Below are positions 49,507-59,989 of a stretch of 64,000 nucleotides of DNA, piece after piece. Every line of letters begins with the position of its first letter. Position 1 is the first letter of the stretch. The position numbers were made by a program, and so were the translations under genes. The stretch comes from a bacterium (GTDB lineage Bacteria; Zhuqueibacterota; Zhuqueibacteria; Residuimicrobiales; Krinioviventaceae). Below the pieces are notes generated by a model. That model ran no database searches, had not been told where the DNA came from, and was given only the letters and a program-made list of their open reading frames with translations. Location: positions 320,001-384,000 of the forward strand of contig CAXXFV010000023.1 in the NCBI GenBank assembly GCA_963674595.2. The letters run 5' to 3'.

Positions 49507-52137
49507 ATGAACAAAAAACTGATTATCGGATGTGTTGTGGTGTTCCTTCTGCATCATTCTATGGAAATACGTGCAACCGAGCCTGTTTATAAGGATATGA
49601 ACGCGCCTTTGGAAAATCGGGTTAATGATTTGATTTCACGAATGACATTGGAAGAAAAAATATCTCAACTGGTGCATTCAGCAAAAGCGATCCCCAGGCT
49701 GGGTGTTCCGGAGTATAATTGGTGGAACGAATGTTTACATGGCGTGGCGCGGGCAGGAATAGCAACAGTGTTTCCACAGGCGATTGGTTTGGCGGCAACC
49801 TGGGATTCTGATCTGATGTATCAAACAGCAGATGTGATTTCAACAGAGGCCAGGGCGAAACATCATGAATTTGTTCGAAATAACCAACACGAAGCTTATC
49901 AGGGACTTACGTTTTGGAGCCCAAATATAAACATTTTCCGTGATCCACGCTGGGGAAGGGGCCAGGAAACCTATGGTGAAGATCCGTTTTTGACCGCACG
50001 AATGGGTGTTGCATTTATCAAGGGACTGCAGGGTGATCATCCTGATTATTTTAAAGTCATTGCAACGCCCAAACATTATGCTGTTCACAGCGGACCTGAA
50101 CCGAGTCGTCACGAGTTTGATGCCATTACCGACAACCGGGATTTGTATGAAACCTATCTGCCGGCGTTTGAGGCGTGCATAAAGGAAGCCGGCGCGTATT
50201 CCGTGATGTGTGCCTATAACCGTTACAATGGCAAAGCCTGTTGTGGCAGCAATCAATTGCTTCAAAAAATTCTGCGTGATGACTGGGATTTTGATGGATA
50301 TGTTGTTTCCGATTGTGGTGCTATTTGGGATGTTTACAAAACTCATAAACTTGTGAATACACTGCCCGAAGCGGCTGCGTTGGCTTTGGAAGCCGGGACA
50401 GATCTGAATTGCGGTGACTCTTATAATTCACTGCTTGAGGCTGTTAAATCGGGTTTGGTAAGTAAAAGTTTTGTTGATTTATCATTAAAAAGATTATTTA
50501 CAGCCCGTTTTAAACTTGGGATGTTTGATGCTCCGGAAATGGTCCCTTATACACAAATACCTTTTGAAAAAAACGATTGCCGGAAACATCGGGCGCTTTC
50601 TGCTCGTGTAGCCCGGGAATCGATTGTGCTGCTGAAAAATGATCAGAATATACTGCCGCTGAAAAAGAATACTAACAAAATTTTTGTTGTCGGGCCGACG
50701 GCAGACAATTTATCCGCTTTGCTTGGTAATTACCATGGCACGCCGTCAAAATTTGTAACACCGTTGCAGGGCATTAAAAACAAAGTCAATGCAGACACCC
50801 GGATTGTTTTTGAACAGGGGTGTAATATTCTTTCGGAAGGACCGTTTGCGGAGATAATATCCACTGGTGTTTTTAGCTTTAATGGTAAACCTGGTTTAAA
50901 GGCTGAATATTATAAAAGCAGAGATTTAAGCGGCGATCCTTTAGTGACCAGAATTGATCCGTTTATAAGGTCCAACTGGGTGTATGGAGAAAACATTGAA
51001 GGCTTGGGAACGGAAAATTTTTCCATTCGCTGGACAGGGACATTAACACCTCCGTTATCCGGGGAATATGAGTTTGATATAACCGGGGATGATGGTTATC
51101 GTGTGTTTATCAATGATTCTCTGATTATCGATGACTGGAATATTGAGACATCCGCCATGCGTACGATAAAACATACGTTCACAGCTAACAAACCTTACCG
51201 ATTTAAATTGGAATATTTTCAGGAAAGTGGAAGGGCAGATATCGAACTGCGTTGGCTAAAGCCGGATCGAAATCAACAAATGGACAATATCACTAAAATC
51301 GCCAAAGAATCGGATGTTATTATATTTGTCGGTGGAATTACCGGTCGACTGGAAGGCGAGGCAATGAGTGTCAAATTTGAAGGATTTGAAGGTGGTGACC
51401 GGACGAATTTACAGCTTCCGAAATCACAACATGATCTGTTGAAAGCCTTATACGCCACCGGGACGCCGATTGTTTTTGTCATAACTACAGGCAGCGCATT
51501 ATCAATCAACTGGGAACAGGAACACCTGCCTGCTATTATTCAACTTTGGTACCCTGGCCAGGAGGGCGGCACGGCTTTGGCTGATGTCTTGTTCGGGGAT
51601 TATAATCCCGGAGGGCGTTTGCCGGTTACGTTTTATAAATCTGTCGGCCAATTACCACCTTTTGATGATTATGCAATGGAAGGAAGGACCTATCGCTATT
51701 TCAGAGATGTTCCCTTGTATTCCTTTGGTCATGGTCTTAGCTATACCACTTTTGAATATAGCAATTTAAAAGCACCTGATACTGTCACTGCCGGTGAAAA
51801 TGTTGACATTGTTGTTGATGTGAAAAATACCGGAAAACATGCCGGTGATGAAGTAGTGCAATTGTATGTTAAAGATGTCAGCGCATCTGTGCCGGTTCCG
51901 ATAAGATCGTTACAAGGATTTAAACGAATTCATTTAAATCCGGGAGAAAAACAACAAGTGACCTTTCATTTGACTGCAAAGCAGTTTTCATTAATTGATC
52001 AAAATTTTGAACGGATTATTGAGCCGGGCGAGTTTGAAATTACAGTTGGCGGATCATTACCTGAATTTGTACCGGCCGGCATACAGGTCGTTTCATCAAA
52101 AGTAACGATGGTTGGTGATGATTTTCATATAGATTAA
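49507..52137 (+). CDS. GH3 beta-xylosidase/beta-glucosidase with PA14 insert and Fn3-like C-terminus
   Basis: WWNECLHGVA, WSPNINIFRDPRWGRGQETYGEDP, KHY, VSDCGA nucleophile, PA14 (FSIRWTG, DDGYR), GDEVVQLY. Confidence 0.95.
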   Translation: MNKKLIIGCVVVFLLHHSMEIRATEPVYKDMNAPLENRVNDLISRMTLEEKISQLVHSAKAIPRLGVPEYNWWNECLHGVARAGIATVFPQAIGLAATWDSDLMYQTADVISTEARAKHHEFVRNNQHEAYQGLTFWSPNINIFRDPRWGRGQETYGEDPFLTARMGVAFIKGLQGDHPDYFKVIATPKHYAVHSGPEPSRHEFDAITDNRDLYETYLPAFEACIKEAGAYSVMCAYNRYNGKACCGSNQLLQKILRDDWDFDGYVVSDCGAIWDVYKTHKLVNTLPEAAALALEAGTDLNCGDSYNSLLEAVKSGLVSKSFVDLSLKRLFTARFKLGMFDAPEMVPYTQIPFEKNDCRKHRALSARVARESIVLLKNDQNILPLKKNTNKIFVVGPTADNLSALLGNYHGTPSKFVTPLQGIKNKVNADTRIVFEQGCNILSEGPFAEIISTGVFSFNGKPGLKAEYYKSRDLSGDPLVTRIDPFIRSNWVYGENIEGLGTENFSIRWTGTLTPPLSGEYEFDITGDDGYRVFINDSLIIDDWNIETSAMRTIKHTFTANKPYRFKLEYFQESGRADIELRWLKPDRNQQMDNITKIAKESDVIIFVGGITGRLEGEAMSVKFEGFEGGDRTNLQLPKSQHDLLKALYATGTPIVFVITTGSALSINWEQEHLPAIIQLWYPGQEGGTALADVLFGDYNPGGRLPVTFYKSVGQLPPFDDYAMEGRTYRYFRDVPLYSFGHGLSYTTFEYSNLKAPDTVTAGENVDIVVDVKNTGKHAGDEVVQLYVKDVSASVPVPIRSLQGFKRIHLNPGEKQQVTFHLTAKQFSLIDQNFERIIEPGEFEITVGGSLPEFVPAGIQVVSSKVTMVGDDFHID

Positions 52138-52203
52138 AGGTTTGACTAATTGGTTTTAAGATGATTATTTCTATATAATAGCTAAAATTAAGATAAACGA
52201 ATT

Positions 52204-53613
52204 ATGAGGTTTTTTATAATGAAATTATTGAACCAAAAATTTACATGTATACTTTTTATTTTAACGTTAATTGCAGGCGTAACCGGCTATTTAAATGCTC
52301 AAACGGTAAAGGGAAAAATAAACGAAAAGAATTATTCTGTTTTTGACAGTTTTGATGAGATGATAGAAGCTACGGATGTAAAATACTTGAAGCCGGTTCG
52401 CATTTCTCCGATCGGCACAAAAGAAAAGCCCATGTACCACGGATTTTTCTATTATAATCATACACCATCTGAATGTTTGCAGTTTGAACCCACGGGACGT
52501 TATCTGCTGGGGATGAGAATTTTTATCGAGGGCAGAAAAGTACAGCCATTTGATAAGGGAGAGGTCGGTTATTTTGACTTGCAAAAAAACAACAAATGGA
52601 CAAAGATCGGCGAAACGACTGCCTGGAACTGGCAGCAGGGTTGCCGTTTGCAATGGGTGCCGCCACACTTTGAAGAAATAGCCTGGAATGAACGTACTAA
52701 AGACGGGCAAACTGTAATTAGCCGATTTTATAACATAAAAACCAAAAAGACACGCACATTGCCATACCCGATCTATATTTTTTCACCGGATGGTAAAAAA
52801 GCACTATATGTTAATTATGAACGCATTCAGCATCGTGGCTGTATGTATGTTGGGATTGATGATCCCTATAAAGACCAATGGGCGCCGGAGCAGATTGGTG
52901 TATGGGAGATGGATGTAAAAACCGGTGAACGCAGACTCGTTATTTCATTAAAAGAAATGTCTGACTTTATGTTTCCTAATGGAATTCCTGTCGATACGAC
53001 CAAATACAAACTCTATTTTTTCAGGGCCGGATTTAATCCGTCCGGTACGCGTATTTTTGCTTTTGCCAAATATTTTACTCACAATTGGGGCAAATTAAAA
53101 GTTATTACGGAAGGTTATACGTTTGATTTGGATGGAAATGATATTAAATATTTTTATAAAGAGCCCAGTCATCATTATTGGCTGAATGATGAGGAAGTTG
53201 TGGATAATGGTTATCATTTAGGACCGGACGGTAAAGAAAGTCTCGGCTATTTTCGTTTTTCAGATGATGGGTCCGGGAAGGCCAAAGAAAAGTTTTTTGA
53301 TGCACCGAACGGGCATATTACTGTTCACAATAACGGCGAATGGATTTTAACCGATACCTATAACATGCATGGTTACATTTTCCTGTACATGTTCCACATA
53401 CCTACAAAAAAAATGGTACCCCTGGCAAAATTGGAAACTCAGCTCGGTGGCTATAAATTCCCATATCATGTCGGCCTTATCAGGGTCGATTTGCATCCCC
53501 GCTTTTCTCATGACGGCAAATCCATTTCCTTTGATTCAACACACGAAGGCGTGGGAAGACAAATTTATATGATGGATATTTCTTCAATTATTGATAACCC
53601 GCCAAGTCGTTGA
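52204..53613 (+). CDS. Secreted beta-propeller protein, oligogalacturonate-lyase/TolB-like; paralog of 35458..36717
   Basis: GFFYY, WNWQQG, SHHYW, NGH, TDTY, RVDLHPRFSHDG..ISFDSTHEG..RQIY. Confidence 0.65.
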   Translation: MRFFIMKLLNQKFTCILFILTLIAGVTGYLNAQTVKGKINEKNYSVFDSFDEMIEATDVKYLKPVRISPIGTKEKPMYHGFFYYNHTPSECLQFEPTGRYLLGMRIFIEGRKVQPFDKGEVGYFDLQKNNKWTKIGETTAWNWQQGCRLQWVPPHFEEIAWNERTKDGQTVISRFYNIKTKKTRTLPYPIYIFSPDGKKALYVNYERIQHRGCMYVGIDDPYKDQWAPEQIGVWEMDVKTGERRLVISLKEMSDFMFPNGIPVDTTKYKLYFFRAGFNPSGTRIFAFAKYFTHNWGKLKVITEGYTFDLDGNDIKYFYKEPSHHYWLNDEEVVDNGYHLGPDGKESLGYFRFSDDGSGKAKEKFFDAPNGHITVHNNGEWILTDTYNMHGYIFLYMFHIPTKKMVPLAKLETQLGGYKFPYHVGLIRVDLHPRFSHDGKSISFDSTHEGVGRQIYMMDISSIIDNPPSR

Positions 53614-53855
53614 TGAGAGATTACTACCAGACTGGAATTTGGAGATTTTTTAACTGATACCCCAATAATTATGTTTACTGTTAAGGGATAACCCGACTAT
53701 TGCCGAAAGAAAAATGAAGAATTGTTCAGTATAATGCAGAAATATTTAACCAACCTGGAAAAAATTGTATCATGAATTATATTTTATCCTGCAAAAAACT
53801 CTATTCAGGGTTTGACAGGATATTTGTATTCAACACTTGAAGAGCGGAGGTTTGT

Positions 53856-54779
53856 TTGAAAAAAAGTATCCGGATTTTAATAATTTATTTAATTGTAAGT
53901 ATTCCGTTATTAACATATAGTAATGACAAAACAGCTTCGAATCATTTTCGTTTCGTTTATATGTCCGATATACATGTTCAGCCGGAATTGGGTGGTGCTG
54001 AGGGCCTTGAAGCTGCCATTCACGCTGTTAATGCCTTACGTCCCAAACCGGATTTTGTTATAACCGGCGGGGATATGATTAAAGATGCTTCCCGGCAAAG
54101 TTTTGGCCGGTCTGATTCGCTTTACAAACTTTATATGGAATTAAAAACACATTTTGAAATGCCTGTTTACCATACTATAGGTAATCATGATGTCTTTGCA
54201 TTGTATGCGTCCAGTCATGTGGATACGACGCATCCTGAACACGGTAAAAAAATGTTTATGAACCGTCTGGGCGAGGGACGCACCTATCGTTCTTTCGATT
54301 ACCAAAATTGGCATTTCATCCAGCTTGATCCTATTTTTATGACACCTGAGCGAAAGTATTATGGAAAAATTGATTCGGTCCAGATGGAATGGTTGAAACA
54401 GGATTTGCAGAGTATAGATAAAGAGCGGCCCATCGTAATTACAACGCATATCCCCTTTTATACCATGCTGTACCAGTATGAAAACGGACCGGCCGCTCCA
54501 ATGAACAAAACACGGGTCATTAACAATGCCAATGAGGTCAGTAAATTATTTGAAGACTATAATCTGAAATTAGTCATGCAGGGACATTTACATATAAGAG
54601 AGGATTTGTTTTTCCGAAACGTGCACTATATAACAAACGGGGCTGTTTCAGGTGATCGCTGGAAAGGCCCATACCTGGGTTTTCCTGAAGGATTTACTGT
54701 GGTAGATGTAAATGGCAATGACTTTGAATATACGTTTCAGACCTTTGGCTGGGATGCAGGTCCCTACCAGGATAAATAA
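53856..54779 (+). CDS. Secreted calcineurin-like metallophosphoesterase (CpdA/Icc-like)
   Basis: SDIH, GGD, GNHD, THIP, GHLH; TTG start preceded by GGAGG. Confidence 0.9.
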   Translation: MKKSIRILIIYLIVSIPLLTYSNDKTASNHFRFVYMSDIHVQPELGGAEGLEAAIHAVNALRPKPDFVITGGDMIKDASRQSFGRSDSLYKLYMELKTHFEMPVYHTIGNHDVFALYASSHVDTTHPEHGKKMFMNRLGEGRTYRSFDYQNWHFIQLDPIFMTPERKYYGKIDSVQMEWLKQDLQSIDKERPIVITTHIPFYTMLYQYENGPAAPMNKTRVINNANEVSKLFEDYNLKLVMQGHLHIREDLFFRNVHYITNGAVSGDRWKGPYLGFPEGFTVVDVNGNDFEYTFQTFGWDAGPYQDK

Positions 54780-54910
54780 AATTTTAATGTTGCCAAGAGT
54801 AATATATTTTTGTCATAAAAAACGCGTCTGTTTAATAAATTTAACTTGCTGAAAAAAAGTTTTAGGTTTCAGTCAATTGCATTCTATTTTTATGAAAGGT
54901 CGAAAGTTAT

Positions 54911-55867
54911 ATGGAGATTGTAGTACTGGATTCCGGATACAAATCTTATGATTATGAAAAAAAAGTTTTTGAGAAAAATGGATACAATTTAAAAATACAT
55001 CCTGCTTTTGAAAAGATATTATCTGAAAAAATAGAGTTTGCCCGAAATGCAGAAGGCATTTTGGTCCGGCATACAATAATTGATGAGGCATTTCTCTCGG
55101 AAATGAAAAACCTCAAAGCCATTGTTCGCTATGGTGTCGGGTATGATAATATTGATGTTGATGCATGCAGCAGACACGGGGTAAAGGTTGCGAACGTCCA
55201 GGGATATGCCAATCACTCCGTATCCGATCATGCTATGGCGTTGATGTTTTCTTGTACACGTGCATTGTGGGACCCCAAATTCCAGGTGCTGGAAGCATTT
55301 GCCGGACCTCCTGTTGCCGAAATTTTTGAACTGCATGATAAAACGTTGGGAGTTATTGGTATCGGCAGGATCGGCAGTGTGTTTTGTAAAAAAGCATCTC
55401 CATTATTTAAACAAACTCTTGCCTGTGATCCATACAAACCTAATGATCATTTTAAAGAATTAGCTGTTCAAAGTGCCTGTTTGGATGAATTGCTGGAAAC
55501 GTCGGATGTTATCAGTCTTCATTGTAATTTGACAGATGAAACCAAATATTTGCTTAATACGGAAAATTTTTCAAAAATGAAAAACAAACCGGTTATTATA
55601 AACACCTCACGTGGTGAAGTGATTAATGAAAAGGCATTGCTGCAAGCCTTAAATTCAGGTAAAATTCATAGTGCCGGATTGGATGTTTATGAAGACGAAC
55701 CGGTAACAGAAAAACAACATGATTTGGTCCATCATCCGCGAACAATTTGTACAGGGCATTATGCCTGGTATTCTGATCAGGCCTCTTTGGAAGTTCAGCG
55801 GCGTGCCGCTCAAAATTTATATAATTTACTCGCTGGAAATTATGTAGAAGATTGTCTGAATTCCTGA
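54911..55867 (+). CDS. D-isomer-specific 2-hydroxyacid dehydrogenase (CtBP/SerA-like)
   Basis: RYGVGYDNID, GIGRIG, SLHC, INTSRG, LDVYEDEP, GHYAWYS. Confidence 0.92.
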   Translation: MEIVVLDSGYKSYDYEKKVFEKNGYNLKIHPAFEKILSEKIEFARNAEGILVRHTIIDEAFLSEMKNLKAIVRYGVGYDNIDVDACSRHGVKVANVQGYANHSVSDHAMALMFSCTRALWDPKFQVLEAFAGPPVAEIFELHDKTLGVIGIGRIGSVFCKKASPLFKQTLACDPYKPNDHFKELAVQSACLDELLETSDVISLHCNLTDETKYLLNTENFSKMKNKPVIINTSRGEVINEKALLQALNSGKIHSAGLDVYEDEPVTEKQHDLVHHPRTICTGHYAWYSDQASLEVQRRAAQNLYNLLAGNYVEDCLNS

Positions 55868-55924
55868 CAAAATTAAAATAACTGATATACATTGAATTTT
55901 TAAAATAAAAGATAAGATAAGAAT

Positions 55925-57028
55925 ATGAATTTCAAAAAATGTGATTTTAAATTATTTTCATTTAAAGTAAAATTAAGTATACTTTTCACGGTTGTTGCTT
56001 TTATAGGATGTCAATCGTCATGGCAAATTGACAGTCCATACAATGATATTGATTGGGAACAATCTGGTCAATATAAGGCAAACCTGCATACGCACACAAC
56101 AGTCCGGGGAGGCTGGATGAATCCGCAGACAACGGTAGAAAAATATCGTGAAAGGGGTTATAAAATACTGGCCATTACCGATCATTTTTCTGTTACTTAT
56201 CCATGGGAAGAGTTTTCCAAATTTAATCCGGATGACAGGACGAGGCGACGCGTTGTTGAAAAGGTCCCTAAACCTGATGAAGAAGAAACAATGAAAGAGG
56301 ATGAACTAGAGTTTAAAGATGTAAGGCCTTCTGCTGTGGGTATGGTTGCCATACAGGGGAATGAGGTTTCTTACCTCGGGCACGATGTGAACAGTTTTTA
56401 TAATGATTATAATAGTCGGAATTCTAAAGAAACACTCGATGTGATTACAACAAAAGGCGGTTTGGCGGTTTTAAACCACCCCGGAAGGTATGATTTTCCT
56501 GTCGAGTGGTATGTTGATGAGTATAAACGTTACAACCATCTTGTAGGTTTTGAAGTATTTAATTGTGGAAATCGTTATCCTAATGATCGGCGGCTTTGGG
56601 ATTCCATCCTTACTGTTATAGCTCCTGTCAGACCGGTATGGGGTTTTTCCAACGATGACATGCATTCGATGCGTGATTTTGGTAGAAACTGGAATGTTTT
56701 TATTCTACCGGAATTAACTGATGAGCTGGTACGTCGTGCCATTGAAAAAGGAGTATTTTATTTTGTAAATGCACCGCAGGGGCATGACGGATCTGTGCCG
56801 CCAAAGATTGAATCAATTAATATTAATCAGCGCAAAGCAAAAATAGAAATAAATGCAACAAAACATGATTCAATTGTTTGGATTGCTGACGGAGAAAAAA
56901 TTTGCAAAGGTAATAAAGTTTTATTAAATAATTTGAATAAAGAAATTAATTATGTTCGGGCTGAAGTTTATGGAGCCGGCAATTCAGTTGTTTGTACTCA
57001 ACCTTTTATTGTCAAAAAATCCAAGTGA
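55925..57028 (+). CDS. PHP-domain metallohydrolase/phosphoesterase lipoprotein
   Basis: Lipobox FIGC; NLHTHT, AITDH, GNE, NHP, NDDMH, YVRAE. Confidence 0.8.
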   Translation: MNFKKCDFKLFSFKVKLSILFTVVAFIGCQSSWQIDSPYNDIDWEQSGQYKANLHTHTTVRGGWMNPQTTVEKYRERGYKILAITDHFSVTYPWEEFSKFNPDDRTRRRVVEKVPKPDEEETMKEDELEFKDVRPSAVGMVAIQGNEVSYLGHDVNSFYNDYNSRNSKETLDVITTKGGLAVLNHPGRYDFPVEWYVDEYKRYNHLVGFEVFNCGNRYPNDRRLWDSILTVIAPVRPVWGFSNDDMHSMRDFGRNWNVFILPELTDELVRRAIEKGVFYFVNAPQGHDGSVPPKIESININQRKAKIEINATKHDSIVWIADGEKICKGNKVLLNNLNKEINYVRAEVYGAGNSVVCTQPFIVKKSK

Positions 57029-57048
57029 TAATAGGGAGATATTGTGAA

Positions 57049-59811
57049 ATGACTAAACGAATTATATTTATTCTGTTTTTATTAGTAACAAATTTTTTAT
57101 TTGCTCAGAATACCGAGATCCAGTATTTGTCGGGAACTGATGCCGAAAACACTATCGACTGGGATTTCTTTTGTTCCGCAGGAATGAACAGCGGTAAATG
57201 GACGACGATCGCTGTGCCGTCCTGTTGGGAACAGCAGGGTTTTGGTGGTTATAATTATGGACGTGATAAACTTGAAGGACGTTGTGACGAAACCGGTACT
57301 TATAAATACAACTTTACAGTTCCTGCATCCTGGAAAAACAAACAAATTCAAATTGTTTTTGATGGTGTGATGACAGATGCCGAGGTCAAGATTAACGGCA
57401 AATTGGCCGGACCCGTTCATCAGGGAGCCTTTTATCAGTTTAAATACGACATTACCCGTTTAATTAAAACGGATGGAGATAATAATCTGCAGGTTTTTGT
57501 TAAAAAGCAATCTGATAATTTGTCTGTTACCAAAGCGGAACGGTTTGCGGATTATTGGGTTTTTGGCGGAATCTTTCGTCCGGTTTATCTTGAGGCAAAA
57601 CCCGTCGAAAATATTAAGCAAATTGCCGTCGATGCCCGTATGGACGGTGATTTTAATGCGGATGTCTGTTTGGATGGATTAAAAAAAGGTAAAAAGGTCC
57701 TGGTTGAAATCCAGACATTGAATGGCGATGTGAAGGCCCGCTTTGAAACTAAAGCTGTAAAACCGGTGACGCGTGTTTCGGGAAAAATGCAGAATCCCCA
57801 AACATGGTCTTCAGAATTTCCGAATTTATACAATGCAGTTTTTTCACTTGTAGATAAAAACAACAAGGTCATTCACCAAATGAATACTCGTATTGGTTTT
57901 CGTACTATTGAGGTGCGGGAAAACGACGGAATTTATGTAAATGGTGTTCGGGTAAAATTAAAAGGAGTCTGCCGTCATACCTTTCATCCCAGGTACGGGA
58001 GAACGTCATGCAAAAAATTCAGTATTGAAGATGTGAACCTCATGAAAGATATGAATATGAATGCGGTGCGTATGTCGCATTATCCGCCGGAAGAACATTT
58101 TTTGGATGTGTGCGATTCTTTGGGATTGTTTGTTCTGGATGAACTGGCGGGCTGGCAAGAACCTCCCTATGATGATGTGGTTGGTGAAAAATTGCTAAAA
58201 GAAATGATTGTGCGAGATGTTAATCATCCGTCTATTATTTTATGGGACAATGGAAATGAAGGTGGAAATAATTATTCCCTGGATGATGATTTTGCAGAAC
58301 TTGATATTCAAAAACGTAAAGTGCTGCACCCCTGGCAGGAATATGATTTGATAAACACGCTGCATTACATTGATTATAATTATTTGTCTCTGGACGGATT
58401 TAATCCACGGAAAATATTTTTACCGACCGAGTTTTTACATGGATTGTATGACGGCGGGCATGGTGCCGGATTGGATGATTTCTGGCAAAGGATGTGGGAT
58501 GATCCCCTCTGCGCCGGCGGATTTTTATGGGTTTTTGCAGATGAATCGGTTGAACGATCCGATCGTAACCGGGAACTCGATTCAGACGGAAACCATGCTC
58601 CTGACGGCATCCTCGGCCCATACCATGAAAAGGAAGGCAGTTTTTATACGATCCGGGAAATATGGTCACCAGTCTATTTTGAAAAGCGATATATTACACC
58701 TGAATTTAACGGCACTTTTCATATTGAAAACCGCTATTTTTATACCAATCTCAATCAGTGTTCTTTAAACGCTGAATGGTTAAAACTCCCGGGTCCTGAT
58801 GAAGATGGGACGGAACAGATTGCCGCTGCTCAGCAATTAAAAGTGGACCTTGCCCCCGGTCAAAAAGGAGTGTTAAAAGTTGATTTGCCGGCCGAGTGGG
58901 AAACCCTTGATGTACTGCGAATTAAAATGATGGATCCGCATAACAGACCGCTAAACACCTGGACCTGGCCGTTAAAATCTGCAAAGGTCAAGGCTGCGGA
59001 TTTATTGACGGCCAATTCTCAAGTTAAACCGGTGATTCAGGAAACAGAACAGGTATTAAAAGTTGAAACTGCGAATCTGGTTTTTACTTTTAGCAAAAAC
59101 GACGGGACTATTCAGCAGGTTTATAACGATGGCGAACGGATTCCTTTTTCCAACGGACCATTGTTTGTAAGCTGTGATAAAAAAGTAAAAAACTCGACCT
59201 TTTGTTTTAAAGGAAATGATCTTGTTGTTGAAACCCTGTATGAAAATGATGACCGGGTAAAATGGACAGTCTTCGGCAACGGTCTGCTTGATTTGGACGT
59301 GGCCTATGAACCCCGCAATAGATGTCAGTTTGCCGGTATTACATTTGACTTTCCGGAAGAACATGTTGCCGGTATGAAATGGCTTGGAAACGGTCCCTAT
59401 CGTGTTTATAAAAACAGAATGAAGGGGACGGAATTTGGTTTATGGGAAAAGGCATATAATAACACGGTGACCGGTGAATCCGAATTTATTTACCCTGAAT
59501 TCAAGGGGTATCATTCAGATATTTACTGGGTAAAGGTGCTGGGTAAAGATGTGCCTGGTTTTAAAGTTTATTTTCATAGCAATGATGTTTTTCTGCGTAT
59601 GTTGACACCGCAGGCCCCCAAATATCCGTTAAAGACAACGACAATTGAATATCCGAAAGGTGATATTTCATTTTTGCATGGTATTAACGCAATTGGAACA
59701 AAGTTTAAAGAGCCATCAAAAACAGGTCCCCAGGCGTTTCCGTACCGATTTAAATCGGCTAAAATTCATGAGGGCAAATTAAAAATGAACCTAACGTTTG
59801 ATTTTCGATAA
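57049..59811 (+). CDS. GH2 beta-glycosidase (beta-galactosidase-like), secreted
   Basis: Start ATG 57049 (GGGAG upstream); FDGVMT, GGIFRPV, GFRTIEV, NAVRMSHYP, WDNGNEG acid/base, TEFLHG nucleophile. Confidence 0.92.
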   Translation: MTKRIIFILFLLVTNFLFAQNTEIQYLSGTDAENTIDWDFFCSAGMNSGKWTTIAVPSCWEQQGFGGYNYGRDKLEGRCDETGTYKYNFTVPASWKNKQIQIVFDGVMTDAEVKINGKLAGPVHQGAFYQFKYDITRLIKTDGDNNLQVFVKKQSDNLSVTKAERFADYWVFGGIFRPVYLEAKPVENIKQIAVDARMDGDFNADVCLDGLKKGKKVLVEIQTLNGDVKARFETKAVKPVTRVSGKMQNPQTWSSEFPNLYNAVFSLVDKNNKVIHQMNTRIGFRTIEVRENDGIYVNGVRVKLKGVCRHTFHPRYGRTSCKKFSIEDVNLMKDMNMNAVRMSHYPPEEHFLDVCDSLGLFVLDELAGWQEPPYDDVVGEKLLKEMIVRDVNHPSIILWDNGNEGGNNYSLDDDFAELDIQKRKVLHPWQEYDLINTLHYIDYNYLSLDGFNPRKIFLPTEFLHGLYDGGHGAGLDDFWQRMWDDPLCAGGFLWVFADESVERSDRNRELDSDGNHAPDGILGPYHEKEGSFYTIREIWSPVYFEKRYITPEFNGTFHIENRYFYTNLNQCSLNAEWLKLPGPDEDGTEQIAAAQQLKVDLAPGQKGVLKVDLPAEWETLDVLRIKMMDPHNRPLNTWTWPLKSAKVKAADLLTANSQVKPVIQETEQVLKVETANLVFTFSKNDGTIQQVYNDGERIPFSNGPLFVSCDKKVKNSTFCFKGNDLVVETLYENDDRVKWTVFGNGLLDLDVAYEPRNRCQFAGITFDFPEEHVAGMKWLGNGPYRVYKNRMKGTEFGLWEKAYNNTVTGESEFIYPEFKGYHSDIYWVKVLGKDVPGFKVYFHSNDVFLRMLTPQAPKYPLKTTTIEYPKGDISFLHGINAIGTKFKEPSKTGPQAFPYRFKSAKIHEGKLKMNLTFDFR

Positions 59812-59989
59812 AAATGATTGAGGCTTTGTTTTTTTCAGGGGGCAATCATGATGTTTTTTAATAAAGAGATTGAAGAACTGTTCGTCATTATACAAAACAT
59901 ACAAGATATATGACTTTTTTGATAAATTATTATTATATTTATCAATTATTTTCCTTTTCCTGTGAATCCTTTTGTCATTGGAGTAAATA

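Noticed and set aside
53785-53822. Interrupted inverted repeat TATCCTG...CAGGATA as a REP/MITE element
   Set aside because: Only one copy is visible in the window, with no target duplication or transposase.
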